DNA of 64,000 bases from NCBI GenBank assembly GCA_028826165.1, contig JAPDFW010000092.1, positions 372,001-436,000 on the forward strand, written 5' to 3'. Positions 42,330 to 53,949 of the stretch are shown piece by piece (positions within the stretch are counted from its first letter, which is position 1; each line of letters starts with the position of its first letter). Under the pieces are notes generated by a model. It was not told the origin of the DNA. It searched no databases and was given only the letters and a program-made list of their open reading frames with translations. Source of the stretch: Anaeramoeba ignava BMAN (Eukaryota; Protista; Anaeramoebae). The translations under genes and the position numbers were made by a program.

Positions 42330-42495
42330 TTTTTTTTAATTTAATTTAATTTTTTAATAATAAAAAAAAAAGGAGAAAGAAAAAAAATGAAAAATAAAAG
42401 GAGAAAAAAATAAAAATAATTAAAAAAATAAAAAATTTTTTTTCTCATTTTTTTCTTTTAATTTTTCTCAATTTAATTTTCTTAATTATTTTTAA
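42330..42495. promoter_or_regulatory. Compact bidirectional promoter (166 bp) with two AAAAGGAGAAA motifs
   Basis: Head-to-head ATGs at 42329(-) and 42496(+); motifs at ~42368 and ~42396. Confidence 0.55.
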
Positions 42496-44567
42496 ATGGG
42501 AAATTTAAGTTTTGTTTTAGATGAAATAACTCCAGTTGTTATAACGAATAAAATTAAAAATCAAAAATATAAAAAATTAATAAAAGTAACAACTGAAGCT
42601 ATGATTGCTTTAATGAATGATGGATCTTTTTTTGATTTGAATCAAACTGCTGTTAATTTAATTGGTGCTTCTTCAAAAAATGATATTCTTAAATCTAATT
42701 ATAGAATATTTATTGATCCAAAACAACCTCATATTGATTCAAATTTAGAAACTTATTTAACTTCTAATCTTCAAGAACTTCTTGAGTAAAAATTTGAAAT
42801 TCAAATTAAAATTCATTTTGAAATTAAAATTAAAATTAAAATTAAAATTAAAATTAAAATTGAAATTAAAATTCATTTTGAAATTAAAATTAAAATTAAA
42901 ATTCATTTTAAAATTCATTTTGAAATTAAATTTAAAATTCAAATTAAAAATTAAAATTAAAATTAAAATTAAAATTAAATTTAAAATTCAAATTAAAATC
43001 CATATTGAAATTCATTTTGAAATTAAAATTAAAATTAAAATTAAAATTAAAATTAAAATTAAAATTGAAATTAAAATTCATTTTGAAATTAAAATTCATT
43101 TTGAAATTAAAATTCATTTTGAAATTAAAATTCATTTTGAAATAAATTCATTTTGAAATTAAAATTAAAATTCATTTTGAAATTAAAATTCAAATTAAAA
43201 ATTAAAATTAAAATTCATTTTGAAATTAAAATTCATTTTGAAATTAAAATTCAAATTAAAATTAAAATTAAAAATTAAAATTTATATTAAAATTAAAATT
43301 CATTTTGAAATAAATTCATTTTGAAATAAATTCATTTTGAAATTAAAATTGAAATTCATTTTGAAATTCATTTTAAAATTAAAAATTAAAATTGAAATTA
43401 AAATTGAAATTCATTTTGAAATTAAAATTAAAATTCATTTTAAAATTAAAATTCATTTTAAAATTAATATTAAAATTTATATTAAAATTCATTTTGAAAT
43501 TAATATTAAAATTTATATTAAAATTAAAATTAAAATTAAAATTGAAATTCATTTTGAAATTCATTTTAAAATTAAAATTCATTTTGAAAATTGAAATTAA
43601 AATTCATTTTGAAATTCATTTTGAAATTAAAATTAAAATTAATATTAAAATTAAAATTAAAATTAAAATTCATTTTGAAATTCATTTTGAAATTCATTTT
43701 GAAATTAAAATTCATTTTGAAATTAAAATTAAAATTAAAATTAAAATTAAAATTAAAATTGAAATTCATTTTAAAATTAAAATTAAAATTAATATTGAAA
43801 TTCATTTTGAAATTCATTTTGAAATTAAAATTCATTTTGAAATTAAAATTAAATTTTTATAAAGAGATTCTCAAAAAGTTGTTGATTTCGATTTAAGATT
43901 ACTTGGAGCTGATTCACAAATCAAATGGGTTCATTGCTGGATATCACCAATCTATTTACAATCATCAACAGTTCTTCAAGTAATCCTTCGACCAACAAAA
44001 CCACAAACAAAAAAAGTGGAACAAAAAATAAGTCAAGAAAAATCAACAGAATCAACAGAAACAAAAGAAAGAAATAGTGTTTTAAATTGGCAAGAACTCA
44101 ATGAAAATCATGAAGCTTTTTCTCAACTTCAAAAACTTCAAAACAAAATCACTTCCTTAAAAAATCAAAGAAGAAAATACAAACAGAAAAAGAGAGAAAA
44201 AGAAGAACAAGAACATATTTCTCAACTTAAAAAAATTGAAGAATTAAAAAAGAAAATTGAAACCGTTCAAAATAAATATGAAATAATGGAAAAAAATTCC
44301 CAAAAAGATAATAATTTTCTCCAATCCGTTTCTAAACATGAAACTTTAATTCAAAATAATACTGATACCATTAATAAATTAACTCTGGAAAAAAATGATC
44401 TTCAACAAAAACAAGAAAAAAAATTGGAAAAATTAAAAGATACTTTGAAAAGTCAACTTTCTCAAAAAGAAAAAGAGTTGAAAAAAACAGAAAATGAAAT
44501 TCGAAGATTATCAAACAGAATTAAATTAATTGAAGAACAAAAAGATAATTTGAAACTTTTGATTTAA
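42496..44567 (+). CDS. PAS-domain + coiled-coil protein (2 exons, intron ~42786-43864)
   Basis: TEAMIALMNDGSFFDLNQTAVNLIG (PAS core) joins FDLRLLGADSQIKWVHCWISPI..VLQVILRP (PAC-like), followed by a long K/E/Q coiled coil. Confidence 0.72.
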
Positions 44568-44647
44568 CTTTTAACTTTTAATTTTTAACTTTTAATTTTT
44601 AATTTTTAATTTTTAATTTTGGATTAATTGGAAAATAAAAGAAATTC

Positions 44648-46370
44648 GATTTAAAATTGATTTAAATTTGATTTAAATTTGATTTAAAATTTGATTTAAA
44701 TTTGATTTAAATTTGATTTAAATTTGATTAAAATTTGATTAAAATTTGATTTAAATTTGATTTAAAATTGATTTAAATTTGATTTAAATTTGATTTAAAT
44801 TTGATTTAAATTTGATTTAAATTTGATTTAAATTTGATTTAAATTTGATTTAAATTTGATTTAAATTTGATTTAAAATTGATTTAAATTTGATTAAAATT
44901 TTGATTTAAATTTGATTGAAATTTTGATTTAAAATTGATTTAAATTTGATTTAAATTTGATTTAAATTTGATTTAAAATTTGATTTAAATTTGATTTAGA
45001 TTTGATTAAAATTTGTTTTTAAAATTTGTTTTTGAAATTTGTTTTAAATTTGATTTAAATTTGATTTAAATTTGATTTAAATTTGATTGAAAATTTGATT
45101 TAAATTTGATTTAAATTTGGTTTAAATTTGATTTAAATTTGATTTAAATTTGATTTAAATTTGATTTAAATTTGATTAAAATTTGATTAAAATTTGATTT
45201 AAATTTGATTTAAATTTGATTTAAATTTGATTTAAATTTGATTTAAATTTGATTTAAATTTGATTTAAATTTGATTAAAATTTGATTAAAATTTGATTTA
45301 AATTTGATTTAAATTTGATTTAAATTTGATTTAAATTTGATTTAAATTTGATTTAAATTTGATTAAAATTTGATTTAAATTTGATTTAAATTTGATTTAA
45401 ATTTGATTTAAATTTGATTTAAATTTGATTTAAATTTGATTTAAATTTGATTTAAATTTGATTTAAATTTGATTTAAATTTGATTAAAATTTGATTTTAA
45501 ATTTGATTTAAATTTGATTAAAATTTGATTTAAATTTGATTAAAATTTGATTTAAATTTGATTTAAATTTGATTTAAATTTGATTTAAATTTGATTTAAA
45601 TTTGATTTAAATTTGATTTAAATTTGATTTAAATTTGATTTAAATTTGATTTAAATTTGATTTAAATTTGATTTAAATTTGATTTAAATTTGATTTAAAT
45701 TTGATTTAAATTTGATTTAAATTTGATTTAAATTTGATTTAAAATTTGATTTAAATTTGATTTAAAATTTGATTTAAAATTTGATTTAAATTTGATTTAA
45801 ATTTGATTTAAAATTTGATTTAAATTTGATTTAAATTTGATTTAAATTTGATTAAAATTTGATTTAAATTTGATTTAAAATTTGATTAAAATTTGATTTA
45901 AATTTGATTTAAATTTGATTTAAATTTGATTTAAATTTGATTTAAATTTGATTTAAATTTGATTTAAATTTGATTAAAATTTGATTTAAATTTGATTTAA
46001 ATTTGATTTAAATTTGATTTAAATTTGATTTAAATTTGATTTAAATTTGATTAAAATTTGATTAAAATTTGATTTAAATTTGATTTAAAATTTGATTTAA
46101 ATTTGATTTAAAATTTGATTTAAATTTGATTTAAATTTGATTTAAAATTTGATTTAAATTTGATTAAAATTTGATTTAAATTTGATTAAAATTTGATTTA
46201 AATTTGATTAAAATTTGATTAAAATTTGATTTAAATTTGATTTAAATTTGATTTAAATTTGATTAAAATTTGATTTAAATTTGATTTAAATTTGATTTAA
46301 ATTTGATTTAAATTTGATTAAAATTTGATTTAATTTTGATTTAAATTTGATTGAAATTTTGATTTAAATT
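44648..46370. repeat. 1.7-kb (TTTGATTTAAA)n 11-mer array between convergent stop codons
   Basis: Directly visible and highly homogeneous. Confidence 0.95.
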
Positions 46371-46388
46371 CGTTTTGAAAATTCGTTT

Positions 46389-49283
46389 TTAAAATTCGTT
46401 TTTGAAAATTAAATCAAATATTGAATTTTGATGTAATTGATAATAATCTTTGATATCCTCAAGTTCTTCAATAATTCCTTTTGTTAACTTTGATTCGTCA
46501 AATTCATCATGATAAAAAAAATAAATTATTTGATTGATTGCTTCAAATGATTTTTTTGTGTAATCATGAACTTGATCTGATGAATCTTGAACACTCAAAA
46601 ACATTCCTTTAAATAATTCACTTCTTAAAAATAAAATTAATTTATGAACTTCAATTTCTTTTTCTTCTTCACAAATAATTTTGAAATCTTTTTTTGATTC
46701 TTGATATAATTTATGAAAATCATTTAATATTCCTTTTCTTCCTTTTTTCTGTTTAATCCATTTTGAATCAACAATTCCAATTTCTTTCAAAAAATCTTCA
46801 ATTAATTTATATTCTTTATCTTCTTGCTTTTGTGTTTTTTCTTTTTCTTCTTTTTTTGAATTTGTTATTAATCCCTTTTTTGAATACATTTCATTCCAAG
46901 AAATTTTTTGTGCTTTATAATCTTTTTCAGTTTGTTCAAATTCAGATCCAAAATCGATATATTTTTGAAATCTTTGTAAAAAATTATCAAAATTAAAAAA
47001 TCCAGTATAAAGAAAATTGATTAAAGGTTGAACAATTTCTTTTGGTTTTTCTGAACATTTTTCAACAAATTTTTCTAATAGGTTTTCATCATTATCAAAT
47101 CTTAATAAAAGAATCAATTTATGAACAAAAAACTTTGAAGAATCATTTGATTGTATTTGATAATCTGTAAAATTTTCATTTGATTTTAATAAAGTATTCA
47201 GTTCATCAATAATTGAATAAATTTTTGGGAAATATTCAATTATATGTTTGTTCAGCTCATTTCCTAATAAAATAAAAACATTAGCATCATTCATTATCAA
47301 TAATTTGATTAAATTTAAATCATCGTTTTTGATTGCAATATCTAAAGGTGTTTCATTAGATTCTCGATAATAATATGATTGAATGTTTGTTTTATAATTA
47401 ACATCAGCTCCTTTTTGAATAAGATATTTAGCCATTTCGAATGAATTTTTGCTTTTAATTCTGCAACATAAATATAAAGGTGTTTCATCATCTTGGTTTT
47501 TACAATCAATTTTTGATCCTTTTTCAACAAGAAATTTGATAATTTCAATTGAATTTTCGTTTTGATTTTGGCAAATTAAATGTAATGGTGTTTGTTTTCG
47601 ATTATTTTTGGTATTAATATCAGCTCCCTTTTCAACAAGAAATTTTATAATTTCAATTGAGGTTCTGTTTTGAAATCTGCAACATAAATGTAAAGGTGTT
47701 TCATCATCTTGGTTTTTACAATCAATTTCTGATCCTTTTTCAACAAGAAATTTGATAATTTCAATTGAATTTTCGTTTTGATTTTGGCAAATTAAATGCA
47801 ATGGAGTTTGTTTTCGAATGCTTTTTATACTAATATCAGCTCCCTTTTCAACAAGAAATTTCACAATTTCAATTGTTTTTTTTTCATTTTGGCAAATTAC
47901 ATGCAATGGTGTTTCAATTAAATCATTTGTAGCATTAATTTCAGCTCCTTTTTCAACAAAGAATTTGATAATCTCAATTAAATGTTGATTTTGGTTTTCA
48001 CAAATTAAATGTAATGGTGTTTGCTTTCGGATGTTTAGGATATTAATCTCAGCTCCCTTCTCAACAAAAAATTTGATAATATCAATTAAATTTTCATTTT
48101 GGTTTTGGCAAATTAAATGTAATGGTCTTTCATTTAATTTACTTATAGCATTGATATCTAATCCTTTTTCAACAAGAAATTTGATAATTTCAAATGAATT
48201 TTCGTTTCTTTGATATTGACAAGCTAAATGTAATATTGTCTCATCTTTGTTGTTTTTTGCATTAATATCACAACCTTTTTCAATAAGAAATTTGATAATT
48301 TCAAATGAGTTTTCTTTTTGTTGATATTGGAATGCGAAATGTAATGGTGTTTCTTTTGTTTTCGTTTTTGAATTAACATCTGCTCCTTTTTCAACAAGAA
48401 ATTTAGTAATTTCAATCGAGTTTTGATATTGAAGATTATAATGCAACGGAATTCTGTTGAATTTGTTTTTAGAGTTGATATCTAATCCTTTTTCAATAAG
48501 AAATTTGATCATTTCAATTAAATTTCCATTTTGATTTTCATTTTGACAAATAAAATGAAAAAGAGTTTGATTTCTTCTGTTTGTGATATTGATATCAGCT
48601 CCATTTTCAACAAGATACTTGATAATTTCAACCGAATTTAGATATTGGCAAGCATAACTTAATGGTGTTTCTTTTTGTTCATTTTGTGCATTAATATCTG
48701 CTCCTTTTTCAACAAACAATTTGATAATTTCAAATGAATTTTTGTTATTGTTTTTGCAAGCAAAATGCAAAGGTGTTTCATTTGCTTTGTTTTTTGAATT
48801 TAAATCAAATCCTTTTTCAACTAGAAAGTTAATGATTTCAAATGAGTTTTCATATTGAAAAGGTAAAATTGAATGTAAAAATGTTTCATTTTGATAATTT
48901 TTTATTTTGAAATCAAATCCTTTTTCAATTAAAATCTGAATAACTTCCAAACCATCTTCTTTGTTTAAATATTTCATTACAGAAGAGAGAATCAAGCATT
49001 TATCTTGAAAGTTCAAACTAACTAAAGCACTTTTCGAAATTAAATATTCAATAATTTCAATTTCTGAATTATTCATAATTGCAATTTGTAATGAATTTGT
49101 TTCTAAATTTTTTAATTGTGCTCCTTTTTCAATTAAAAGTTCTATCATTTCTTTTTTCACTTTTTTTTCAAGAGCAAAATGCAAAATGAGTTTTTTTTCT
49201 TTTTCTAATTCATCGTCGGGAATAGTTTCAATTTGTCTCAATTCTTCAATATTATTTTCTTCAATTAATTTCCAAACATCCAT
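46389..49283 (-). CDS. Ankyrin-repeat + tandem BTB protein
   Basis: Many TPLH..C....EIIKFLVEKGADIN repeats; BTB motifs FTDYQI..VHKLILLLR and VHKLILFLRSELFKGMF; ATG at 49283; intronless. Confidence 0.92.
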   Translation of the reverse strand: MDVWKLIEENNIEELRQIETIPDDELEKEKKLILHFALEKKVKKEMIELLIEKGAQLKNLETNSLQIAIMNNSEIEIIEYLISKSALVSLNFQDKCLILSSVMKYLNKEDGLEVIQILIEKGFDFKIKNYQNETFLHSILPFQYENSFEIINFLVEKGFDLNSKNKANETPLHFACKNNNKNSFEIIKLFVEKGADINAQNEQKETPLSYACQYLNSVEIIKYLVENGADINITNRRNQTLFHFICQNENQNGNLIEMIKFLIEKGLDINSKNKFNRIPLHYNLQYQNSIEITKFLVEKGADVNSKTKTKETPLHFAFQYQQKENSFEIIKFLIEKGCDINAKNNKDETILHLACQYQRNENSFEIIKFLVEKGLDINAISKLNERPLHLICQNQNENLIDIIKFFVEKGAEINILNIRKQTPLHLICENQNQHLIEIIKFFVEKGAEINATNDLIETPLHVICQNEKKTIEIVKFLVEKGADISIKSIRKQTPLHLICQNQNENSIEIIKFLVEKGSEIDCKNQDDETPLHLCCRFQNRTSIEIIKFLVEKGADINTKNNRKQTPLHLICQNQNENSIEIIKFLVEKGSKIDCKNQDDETPLYLCCRIKSKNSFEMAKYLIQKGADVNYKTNIQSYYYRESNETPLDIAIKNDDLNLIKLLIMNDANVFILLGNELNKHIIEYFPKIYSIIDELNTLLKSNENFTDYQIQSNDSSKFFVHKLILLLRFDNDENLLEKFVEKCSEKPKEIVQPLINFLYTGFFNFDNFLQRFQKYIDFGSEFEQTEKDYKAQKISWNEMYSKKGLITNSKKEEKEKTQKQEDKEYKLIEDFLKEIGIVDSKWIKQKKGRKGILNDFHKLYQESKKDFKIICEEEKEIEVHKLILFLRSELFKGMFLSVQDSSDQVHDYTKKSFEAINQIIYFFYHDEFDESKLTKGIIEELEDIKDYYQLHQNSIFDLIFKNEF

Positions 49284-49339
49284 TTTTTTTTTATTTTTGA
49301 AAAGAAAAAAATGAAACAAAAAAAAAATTCCTAATTCAA

Positions 49340-50575
49340 AATTTAATTTATAAATTAATTTAAAAATATAATTTAATATTTAATTTTATTATTAAAATAA
49401 TAATTTAATGTTTTAAATTTAAATATTTTCTTATTTAAATATTTAACATATAAATATCAAAAATAAGAATAGATTTAATTTAATATTTAATTTATAAATT
49501 AATTTAAAAATATAATTTCAAACTTAATTTTATTACTAAAATAATAATTTGATGTTTTAGATTTAAATATTTTCTTATTTAAATATTTAACATATAAATA
49601 TCAAAAATGAGAATAGATTTAATTTAATATTTAATTTATAAATTAATTCAAAAATATAATTTTAAACTAAATTTTATTATTAAAATAATAATTTATTGTT
49701 TTAGATTTAAATATTTTCTTATTTAAATATTTAATATATAAATATCAAAAATGAGAATAGATTTAATTTAAATTTAATTTAAAAATTACTTTAAAAATAT
49801 AATTTCAAATTTAATTTTATTATTAAAAATAATAATTTATTGTTTTAGATTTAAATATTTTATTATTTAAATATTCAACAAATAAATATAAAAATAAGAA
49901 TAGATTTAATTTAATATTTAATTTATAAATTAATTTAAAAATATAATTTAATATTTAATTTTATGTTTAAAATGTTAATTTAATGTTTTAGATTTAAATA
50001 TTTTCTTATTTAAATATTTAACATATAAATATAAAAAATAAGAATAGATTTAATTTAATATTTAATTTCTAAATTAATTTAAAAATATAATTTAATATTT
50101 AATTTTATGTTTAAAATAATAATTTAATGTTTTAGATTTAAATATTTTCTTATTTAAATATTTAACATATAAATATAAAAAATAAGAATAGATTTAATTT
50201 AATATTTAATTTATAAATTAATTTAAAAATATAATTTAATATTTAATTTTATTATTAAAATAATAATTTAATGTTTTAGAATTTAAATATTTTTTATTTA
50301 AATATTTAACATATAAATATAAAAAATGAGAATAGATTTAATTTAATATTTAATTTGTAAATTAATTTAAAAATATAATTTTAGACTAAATTTTATTATT
50401 GAAATAATAATTTATTGATTTAGATTTAAATATTTTATTATTTAAATATTTAACATAAAAATATAGAAAATAAGAATAGGTTTAATTCAATATTTAATTT
50501 ATAAATTAATTTGAAAATATAATTTAATATTTAATTTTATGTTTAAAATAATAATTTAATGTTTTAGATTTAAAT
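49340..50575 (-). repeat. Tandem array family A (inverted), ~144-bp monomer (~8.5 copies)
   Basis: GAATAGATTT at ~49467, 49611, 49754, 49898, 50042, 50186 and 50330; reverse complement of the 5340-6335 unit. Confidence 0.9.
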
Positions 50576-50666
50576 AAAAAATAAAGAAAATGTTGTTTTG
50601 ATTTTCAATAACAAGATATTTTATTAAAAATTTTTGTTTTGTTTTTGTTTTTAAAAAAAAAGAAAA

Positions 50667-51245
50667 TTATAAAATAGAGCATTTCTTTTTTGGTTTATCA
50701 GGTTTAACAGGAGAAAGAACAGCACGAATAGATTCATCAAAAACAGTTTTCAAATTTTTCTGAGTCAAAGCAGAACATTCCAAATATTTAACCGCTTTAA
50801 TTTCTTTAGCCATATCCATACCAGCTTGATAACTAATAGGAGATAAACCTTTTTCTTCAAGTTTCATGATAGTATCTTGGTCATCTCTCAAATCAAGCTT
50901 AGTACCAACAAGAATCATTGGAACATTAGAACAATGATGATGAATTTCAGGAACCCATTTAGCTCTAACGTTTTCAAAAGAAGAAGGTGAAATCAATGAA
51001 AAACAAATCAAAAATACATCCGTTTGTGGATATGATAATGGTCTTAATCTATCGTAATCTTCTTGTCCTGCTGTATCCCATAATCCTAAATTGATTGGTT
51101 TTCCATCTACCATTACATTGGCTGAATAATTATCAAATACTGTTGGTATATATTCTCCTGGAAATGCATTTGTTGTATATGATATTAATAAACATGTTTT
51201 ACCAACTGCTCCATCTCCAACAACTACACATTTAATTGATTGCAT
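50667..51245 (-). CDS. RAC1: Rac-family Rho GTPase
   Basis: [61 protein letters not shown], polybasic tail and CaaX CSIL. Confidence 0.95.
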   Translation of the reverse strand: MQSIKCVVVGDGAVGKTCLLISYTTNAFPGEYIPTVFDNYSANVMVDGKPINLGLWDTAGQEDYDRLRPLSYPQTDVFLICFSLISPSSFENVRAKWVPEIHHHCSNVPMILVGTKLDLRDDQDTIMKLEEKGLSPISYQAGMDMAKEIKAVKYLECSALTQKNLKTVFDESIRAVLSPVKPDKPKKKCSIL

Positions 51246-51459
51246 TTTGTTTTTTGTTTTTAAAAAAATTAAATTTAAAATAATAAAAAAATTATTAAAA
51301 AAGAAAAAGAATGAAAATAAAATTAATTAAATTTTTTCTTTTTATTTTTATTTTATTTTTTAATTTAAATTTTTTGTTAAAATTTTTTTTTTCATTCGAA
51401 AAAATTTCTTTTTTATTTTTTTTTATTTAAATTTTTTCCATTTATTTATCCCATTTTTT

Positions 51460-52420
51460 AGTATTAATTTTATTTATAAATATAAAATATAAATTAATTT
51501 CAAATTAATATTTAATTCAAATCTATTTCCATTCTGTTTAAAAAATTAATTAAAATATTTTATTAATTAAATATCAAGAAATTAATTAATAATAATATAT
51601 TTCTAATAATTAATTTTATTTATAAATATAAAATATAAATTAATTTCAAATTAATATTTAATTCAAATCTATTTCTATTTTGTTTAAAAATTAATTAAAA
51701 TATTTTATTAATTAAATATCAAGAAATTAATTAATAAAATATATTTCTTTTGTATTAATTTTATTTATAAATATAAAATAAAAATTAATTTGAAATTAAT
51801 ATTAAATTCAAATCTATTTCTATTCTGTTTAAAAATTAATTAAAATATTTTATTAATTAAATATCAAGAAATTAATTAATAAAATATATTTCTAATAATT
51901 AATTTTATTTATAAATATAAAATATAAATTAATTCTAAATTAATATTTAATTTAAATCTATTTCCATTCTGTTTAAAAATTAATCAAAAATATTTTATTA
52001 ATTAAATATCAAGAAATTAATTAATAAAAATATATTTTTAATAATTAATTTTATTTATAAATATAAAAATATAAATTAATTCCAAATTAATATTTAATTC
52101 AAATCTATTTTCATTTTGTTTAAAAATTAATTAAAATATTTTATTAATTAAATATCAAGAAATTAATTAATAAAAATATATTTTTAATAATTAATTTTAT
52201 TTATAAATATAAAATATAAATTAATTTCAAATTAATATTTAATTTAAATCTATTCCCATTTTGTTTAAAAAATTAATTAAAATATTTTATTAATTAAATA
52301 TCAAGAAATTAATTAATAAAAATATATTTCGTGTTTTAATTTTATTTATAAATATAAAATAAAAATTAATTTCAAATTAGTATTAAATTCAAATCTATTC
52401 CTATTTTGTTTAAAAAATTG
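51460..52420. repeat. Tandem array family C, ~145-146-bp monomer (~6.5 copies)
   Basis: ATATCAAGAA at ~51571, 51716, 51861, 52006, 52152 and 52298. Confidence 0.9.
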
Positions 52421-52461
52421 TTAATAATATTTTTAAATAGAAAGTAAAATTTGAGAAGTTT

Positions 52462-53894
52462 TTAAATGAAATAAGTTTCAAATTCATCAACAATCCATTC
52501 ATCATAAGAACCAGCTAAATACCTTTTATTTTCATTTGTTCTAAATTCAATTCCATTAGGAAGATTGTAGCTCCAATCAAAATTTGATCTCCCTTCTTTT
52601 AAATTAGATTCTAAACTAAAATCATGAAATCCAAAAATTGGACCAAAATTTAAATTATAATAAATTGCATAATCTTCTTGACTTTGTTTAATTGTTAATT
52701 TCTCTGGAATTCTATCTCCTTTATCATTTCTTAATGAGAAAATAAATGCATTTGAATCAATAATCCATCCATAATCATCTTCTCTATCTTTTTCTCTCCA
52801 TTTTGATTTATCATTTGTCCATCCAACTTGAGTAAATCCTCCAAAAATATAATTATCTTTTGTTTTGATAATAATTAATGTTTTTCCTTTTTCATCACAT
52901 TTTGAATGCCATTTTTTACAATCAAATCCATCTTTTTTGGCTGAATATCCTTTTTTCATTTTGGAAAAGAATTCATTATCATTTATCCATTCTTCCAGTT
53001 TCTTAGCATATTCAATATCTTTAATAATTTCTGAATAATTTAAACTTATTCTTCTTTTGAAAATGAATGAATTTTCTTTTTCATTTTCATTTTTTTGGAA
53101 TTGAATTAGTTGTTTTGAAATTTGATTTGGAATTAAATCTTCTTTCAAAGTATTTTCAATCTCTTTTTGAGAAATCAATAAATCTTATTTTATCAACAAT
53201 ATTTGAAATTTGATCTTGTAATTTTTCTTTTTCTTCTTTTTCTAATTCTTTTTCTTGATTAATATTTGATTTATGTTTTCCCCATTTTATTATTGATTGG
53301 AAATAGTTCAAATTCATTCATAAAAAGATAATCTTTTAATAAAATTGAATTTAAATGATTTTCTTCAAGTTCAAGAAAAAATGAAGTTTTAATAAATTCT
53401 TCAAAATTTTCACAAATAAATTGATAAGAAAAATCTAGTAATTGATTTAAGTTCATTCTTTCAGATAATTTAAGAACATCAATAATAGTTTCAAATTGTA
53501 AATTGTTTTTGATAAAATTCGAAGAAATTTCAATTAATTCATCAATTAAATATTTTGATGAAAAAATTAAAATTTGAATTGCATTTTCTAAATTAATTTC
53601 AATTTTTCCTGAATAAAGATATTTCAAAATTGGGAATAGAATTGAACTTGAAACATCTTTTAGAATTAATTTATTTTCTTGATATTCTTTCATTTTTGAA
53701 TTGAAAAGAGATTTAAAATATTGACTTCTTGAAGAAAGAATTGATTTATGAGTTTTAAATGAAGTTTTATTTTGTTCACAAATTATTTCAAAATCAAAAT
53801 AACTTTCTTCTTCTTCTTTTTCTTTTTCTTTTTGATTTTGAAATAAATTTTTTAAATCATTTGAAAGTTTTTCTAAATTTGAATAAGTTTCCAT
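52462..53894 (-). CDS. BTB-BACK-TLDc protein (two compensating 1-nt frameshifts at ~53300 and ~53165)
   Basis: BTB YFDFEI..THKSILSSRSQYF; BACK FLELEENHL..IIKWGK; C-terminal TLDc; paralogue of 62798-64000. Confidence 0.85.
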
Positions 53895-53949
53895 TTTAAT
53901 TTAAAAATGAAAAGAAAAAAATGAAAAATGAAAAATAAATAGAAAAATG

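Noticed and set aside
11520-43896. Numerous ORFs of ILILIL, FDFDFN, KIKIKI, KSKSKS and YIYIY type
   Set aside because: They are translations of hexamer microsatellites in introns or intergenic DNA. Flanking exons join in frame through GT-AG sites without them.
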